This document shows, piece after piece, positions 36,154 to 42,201 of a DNA stretch of 42,201 nt (position 1 is the stretch's first letter; each line of letters starts with the position of its first letter). The notes beneath the pieces are model-generated. The model did not search any database, was not told where the DNA came from, and saw only the letters and a program-made list of their open reading frames with translations. The position numbers were made by a program, and so were the translations under genes. The DNA comes from Phoronis australis (Eukaryota > Animalia > Phoronida), in assembly GCA_002633005.1 (NCBI GenBank), contig NMRA01000843.1, forward strand, positions 81,551 to 123,751. Reading direction: 5' to 3'.

Positions 36154-39100
36154 CCAGTTGAGGACAATGTCTAAACTTTGAACTTTGTTTTGACAACTTA
36201 AAATATTGAGCTAGTCACGTCAATAGAAAAATACCACATTTTGAAAATTGCATGAGTTTATTTGCATTTTTTATAATTTCACAGAATTTGAAGTTCAGAG
36301 CCATTTAATTGTGGTGTCCGTTTTGTTAGTGCACCACTCAAATTATCTGTTGTCTTTTACTCATTTACGTAAAATTTTGATCATGTTGCGAACGAGCTGA
36401 AACCAAATTGATTTGCATATAAATTCTGATACAAATTAAGCTCGCCACGTATGCGGTAGACGTGTTGGGACGAGTAGCTGTTCGTTTTGTGCTGCTGGGT
36501 AGGGTTCAGTAGCTGTCAAAAAAATCTAGCCAAAATCACGTGTTCTCTTGTAAAGTGCACGGCAACATCTCACGTAATCTCGACATGTCTTGCTTTTCTA
36601 CGGAAGACTCAACGTTTCTAAACTCTACCCTGGTGTCGCATTTCGGCTTGCTTTATCATTTGTACTTGTAAGAGAAGGTTTGATAAAGAGGCTCCCGTTC
36701 TGCACTAGGGGCGAAGTGTGCAGTGCTGAATTGTTTTAAGTTAAGTCTGTTGATTTGAACTGTTGAGACGTCCTGATGCCGGTTTAAGCAGTTTTCAGAT
36801 TCGCGCGGCGTAACTTCTCATGATCTTCGAAGCTCTCTCGCTGGGTGTTGTCAGAAGTTGTTGGCTGACTTCTGTTTGTGTACTGGCAGATAGCACTCGA
36901 ATGACTCGACCCATGACGTAATGAGGTTAGGATGCCATGGTGTAGTGGTCCGGGAGTCTTCCAGAATATTCCAATGTGTTATAGTGATGAAAGCACAAAC
37001 TGGGCCCACACCATCTCAAAAGTTTTCAACTTCGGAAATTCTTGAGGTACGGTGGTTGCAACCTCCAGACCGCAACAGCTTAGGCTTCCATGCAGTTAGT
37101 CAGAATCCGTACCCTTGCTCGAAAAAATTGCCTTTCGATAAAAACCGGTCTTCTTCAATCACACGTAGTTCCCTTGCCGCGCATCTTTGCGGCCTGATCT
37201 GTCAGCCGGCACCCTGTCGAGGGCTGGTTCTCATTTTGAATTTCAGCGTATGATAGTGCTATGAGGTCAAGTGGTCACCATTTTTTCTCAAGCCGCGGAT
37301 CAGGTGCCCCCGTTTTATCGAAATAGCTTACCCCAATTGTCAACATACAACATAGATCAGTAGTCCTGGGTCTCCTCCTCAAAATGACCGAGCTAGCCAC
37401 TTAACTTGAAGAGACAGGGCCTTAGGAAGCCGGGGACGTGCCCCCAAAAATATTTACAGGCGTCAGGGTTAAATCAATGCAACCGACATAGTCTTGGAGC
37501 TGGGGACAGTCGAGAAAAAAAGACTACGAAGAGAGAAAATTCAAGACAACATTTGACAACTCAGTATCAGTGCATGGTTTACCATTTGAGGGCCCTGGCC
37601 TGGACATTGTTGTTAGTGTCTCCGTTTTTGCTGCAAACAGTCGACAAAATTCGTAAAGCGATCGAAGCTTTTGCGGAGCATGTTAATTCAATGGATTTTT
37701 AAATTCAATAAGACAGTTTTGCAAATGCAGAAATGCAAAATTACCCGGTATATTTTCCAGAGGCCCTTCTGTAGCAAAGGATAATAAAGACAATTGTCGC
37801 TCCATTTTTGATGTTTTTCTTTCTCTAAATTGTGCATCACTTGAGAAAATTGATGGCCTGGCAAATAACATCAATTGCTCCACATTTCCTGACTTTTGAA
37901 AATATAGATCTTTTCATAGCTGAGGGCCCAAGTCTTGAAGAGGACCATTGATCACATTCAAGTGGCCACCTTTTCGTGTTTTGATTGGCAAATTCTTAAG
38001 GGGCCGCTTACTAAGAGAGGGCCCAATGTTGGAATCGATTATCTGTATTTTCCTTGTTTTTTGTAAAATCGTACAACCGGCTCTTATGCTGAGGAGTCAC
38101 TTTTTGCAAGGTCACCCGACAATTTAATGAACTGTAACTCTTTCCAAGCTTAATGATGTGTAGCCTTTCATCTTAGGTGTCCCATTTCAGACGGGACCCC
38201 CTCTCGGTGGGTCGGTTCGGGTATCCCTCTATACATGTAAATCCGACACTGCCAAGTATTCACGAGGGGAAGTTGAGATTCCAAATTCATCAAAAACACA
38301 AAACAACCGTGCACAGCACAGCAGTATCAAAATATTCGATCCAAACAACCAATGCAATAGGATTGGCCACCATCAAAAAGTTGGAATTTTGAAGAACGTG
38401 AAGATCACTATCTGTGAATAACACACAAAAAGGCTACTTCGGATAGTTAGTAATAATGTTATATTTTCCAATAGTATCACAAGAATAGTAGGCCTATTTC
38501 TTTTGAAGGTCGTTACTAGGAACTGTTTGTAATGAATTCACAAATGTCGAAAAGACTGGGCTATAATTTGTGATTGTCACGTTAACCCCCGTGTGTGGGT
38601 GGGCGCAGGTTGTTACAGACCGGTACTGACGGCTTTCAGTGCGACAATAGACTTAAAAGTAGGTGTATACACTGGTCAAATCTCCAGTTTCCTAACTAAA
38701 ATGAGTAAAAAGGGGGTTTTTACTAGTTACACATGACTCTGAAAGCGACAAAAATCGAAAAAAGTTTATTTTCTAGTTCGTTTTTTTTTAAATCGTATTT
38801 TTAATTTTCAAAAATCCAATTTTACCTCGAAATTTTTTCAAAATGCACAGGGATTATCACCAACTGTTTCCTTACGCAATATTCTACTTATCCATACCAA
38901 ATATATGTACAAAATCATGATCTTGATTTTGCGGCATTTTTTGCGTGTGAGTTGGGGCAAGCACGCCACTTTTTGTCATTTGGTCACTTTCCGTCTAATA
39001 ACTAAAAATCTGGTCCATTTATCAAAAAACCCTGGCACACGATTTTACTTCAGTCCTAGAGGATTTCAAATTTGCAAATTTCGTAAAAATTGACCCACGT

Positions 39101-39743
39101 GTTGCAGAAAAATAGGGCCGAGAATCTTGTCACTATCTTGAAATCACCAGCCGAGAAAAACGGCTTTGAAGTTAAGCGGTCATCGATTGCCACTTGAGAT
39201 CATTTCGTTCAGAATGCGTGGTCATTATGTTCCAATTTTTGTTGAAGTACTAGAAATAAAGCTGATATTTACGTCATGTTTAGAAAATGTGACATACCTG
39301 TTTGTTTACAGCGTAATCTTAATCATTTTTTCGAACTAGTGAAGCACGACAAACGACCAAACCAAATATGGCTGTCACGTGGGCGGAGCTTAGCGTTGAT
39401 CTATTGTCTGCTGTACTGGTGTGCCGACCCATAGGCGGATTTAGGGGGGGGGGGCAGGCCCCCCCCCTCGGCTGCCGCAAAAAAAATAAAACAGTGAGAG
39501 CGTAGGGAAATGTTGAGTTTATTAATTAACCCCGGTAATTGAAATTATACGGATGAAAAAAAGATTTAAATGAGTGCAGTTTTAGTGTTGGGGGGGGCTC
39601 AAATCCAATTTCAAGTGTCAAATTCGGAACAGGGCGCATTCGTGACGGAACTGTGCGGGCTAAGTATAGGCTCTCCCGCGATATCCCAGGCGACCGGCAG
39701 TGGCACTGCGCACTTCGACTCCGTTTTCGTCGTCTGCTCCACT

Positions 39744-39830
39744 CACAGGCGCTTGGGTTTATCGCAAATGACGTCACTCAATAATATATTTATATTGTGA
39801 CGTCATTTGCGATAAACCCAAGCGCCTGTG
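39744..39830. mobile_element. 87-bp hairpin MITE with perfect 34-bp TIRs and 8-bp TSD (hAT- or P-superfamily type)
   Basis: CACAGGCGCTTGGGTTTATCGCAAATGACGTCAC (39744-39777) and its exact reverse complement (39797-39830). GCTCCACT is duplicated at 39736-39743 and 39831-39838. Confidence 0.92.
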
Positions 39831-42201
39831 GCTCCACTGTGCAATGAAGTAAATTTACTTCATGTTATAAAGAAAATGGAACCCGAGTGACGATGAAAAA
39901 ACAGAAGCTGCTGGTAAGATGTGAATTTTAATCGAAGCCTTAGTGAATCACTCAGAAACTCGCAATTCTCTCTTTGTCAAACCTTATCTTAAGACGATTT
40001 CCAAAGCAATCCCGTCATTATTGCCAACACGAAAAACGGATTTGGTCTTTTGGGCATTTGNNNNNNNNNNNNNNNNNNNNNNNNNNNNNNNNNNNNNNNN
40101 NNNNNNNNNNNNNNNNNNNNNNNNNNNNNNNNNNNNNNNNNNNNNNNNNNNNNNNNNNNNNNNNNNNNNNNNNNNNNNNNNNNTCGGTGCAATGCGCATC
40201 TACAATCGTGGTTCAGTTTGCGCAAATGCTTATAGCCGGACAAAATGTTGCCCCCCCCCCCTTGTGATATCCTAGATCCGCCACTGTGACCACACATTAA
40301 AACCATGTGTTGATTGTTAATACGATTCATCTGAACTCTCCACTCAGTGTTGTAAAAGACTATCTAACAGACCTATTTGTTAGTATTCCAATATTGTCAT
40401 CAACCAATATATGTGTTATATCAAATCGCCGCGTTACTGTCTACATAACAATATTGGCGACGAGGATAAAGAGCTACTTTCATAGTAATGGTTCAACATT
40501 TTTACGTGCCTGTACCGAATGGACTTCGGGATAAGAAAATATCACATTCTGCGCAAATAGCGTCGCTTGGATGAGATTCTCAAGTTACCAAAGTTTCTTA
40601 TATTGCTTTCCTCTAAAATCGTAAAAAACATGAGTTTTAATTCTGGGATACGTTTGAATCTATGCACTAGAAAAATTTTGTTATGTTGAACACTGGGTCA
40701 CTCTAATTCTTTAGGTTACGGCCGTGGCAAGATAAAAAATCCCCTGGGTTTGACAGCCTAGTTTCTCCACGGCGCGTTCCCAGCACAAAACCACGGTTTG
40801 TCTGCAAAGACTCTACTCTGACGTCATGTAGTTGTCCATGTGTTGCGCGCGCGGCGTGTCTTCACAGCGCGTGCATACACTCTCACCGAATCGTGCAACA
40901 CCACCCACGTCGACCGGGTTTCAACCACTTTTGGGCTATAATAAGTGCCCCCTTCCTGAAGCGGATTTTTCTAAGCGCCTTGGCCGCTTATTAGGGCGAA
41001 TACGGTAATGTTTCAGAAGGGCAATACTTACTATGCTTTATGCACGGGACCCTTTTGTTACATCAGGAGTGGGATTGGTTCATTATGTACCTTACAGGTG
41101 GCATAGGACTTTACAAAACTGGTTGAAGAATTTTGTTTTCGTCATAAACGTTCGTTTGAATGGCTTAAGTTTGGAAATGTTAGGACTTAAGGCGGAAATT
41201 TAAGAACCATTTTTCCGCTTACAAAAATTTAACATTGAAGAATAAAAACAACCTTCACCCCCCCTGGTGTTCCTGTTCCATGTTTTCAAAGAAGTTGATT
41301 GCATTTTCATAGACTACAGTCGAGAGATTTTGTGCGGCATATATTGTGTAACCTGCTGTTGAATTGCGAGATAGAGTTTCACTGGTCCAATTGGTTATTT
41401 CTGAAGTATTAATGTAATCTTTATTTGTGTTAAAGGTTTTTCCAGCGTTCTATTTATTTGTACACGAATGTGCATTTGTTGAAATCGCTGATCCAAGTCC
41501 TGGCCAAATGTGCACATTCTGCTGAGACCAACCGTCTGATCAGGGCCAGCGAAGAGTAATTTGGTTAATTCGCTCACTAGACTATGACTGAAATTCCTCG
41601 TAAGGACAGGAGTTCATGAGTCACTACCTTTGGAAGAAATTTAGCGGACAATTTTCGTAAAAAAGTTTACCAGATAGTTTTCATCAAAACGGAGAAAAGA
41701 AAAATGGATTTGTGAGGACAGGATTAAGTACTAGAGCCTCTTAAAAAACATTCATCTTCGAAGTGCCTTGAACAAATGTATAAAGTCTTATTGCTGAAAC
41801 AATGTTGACACAAGAAGTAAGCTTTTCTTCCCGTAGCCGATTATGGGGTCTTCGGATGGTATGGAAGCTAACTTTCCTTTGCATTTCGGGTGTGTGGCCA
41901 AACAACCGGCCACACAGTAGCCGACCTTGATTAGCAGACGACGTACTTGCCGGAAATTGCACCAGAAAATTTAGCCAGGTGTCGCCAGTGAATAATGACG
42001 TAATGGCTTATGCGTAAGATCACAGACTGATTTCGTCCACTGAAAGGTACCCGCTCATCCAAAACCTTTACGGCAAACAGATGGCGCTGGATGCAATGAT
42101 GCTTTACTAACAGGCAACGCTGCTTACAGTCATGTGACATTCTTGTGTGAACTGAATCTTGTGTTGATAGAACATTAAATACAGACGTTTCTACTTCAAG
42201 G

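Overview
This is eukaryotic DNA, intron-containing, AT-rich and repeat-rich, from a draft assembly with N-gaps and single-N joins. It is most likely a bilaterian invertebrate; the species cannot be determined from the sequence. Three host-type genes are supported. (1) A spliced, divergent Ro60/TROVE2-like RNA-binding gene on + (2064-11471): six coding exons are found, one expected exon is absent, and the vWA MIDAS motif is degenerate. (2) A spliced THAP zinc-finger gene on - (23535 to at least 22419) with a complete C2CH THAP domain and an EHSY HCF-1-binding motif. (3) A single-coding-exon 565-aa protein on + (33312-35009) with a TTC22/IFIT-like TPR region fused to a divergent C-terminal TIR domain. 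This third gene is the best candidate for an uncharacterised innate-immune sensor. The remainder is a decayed hAT transposase split by a 5'-truncated CR1-group LINE with a 13-bp TSD, several MITEs, a tRNA-like cassette inside a TIR-bounded element in a Ro60 intron, many minisatellites, and haplotype duplications at single-N joins. All family assignments come from manual motif recognition, not database searches.
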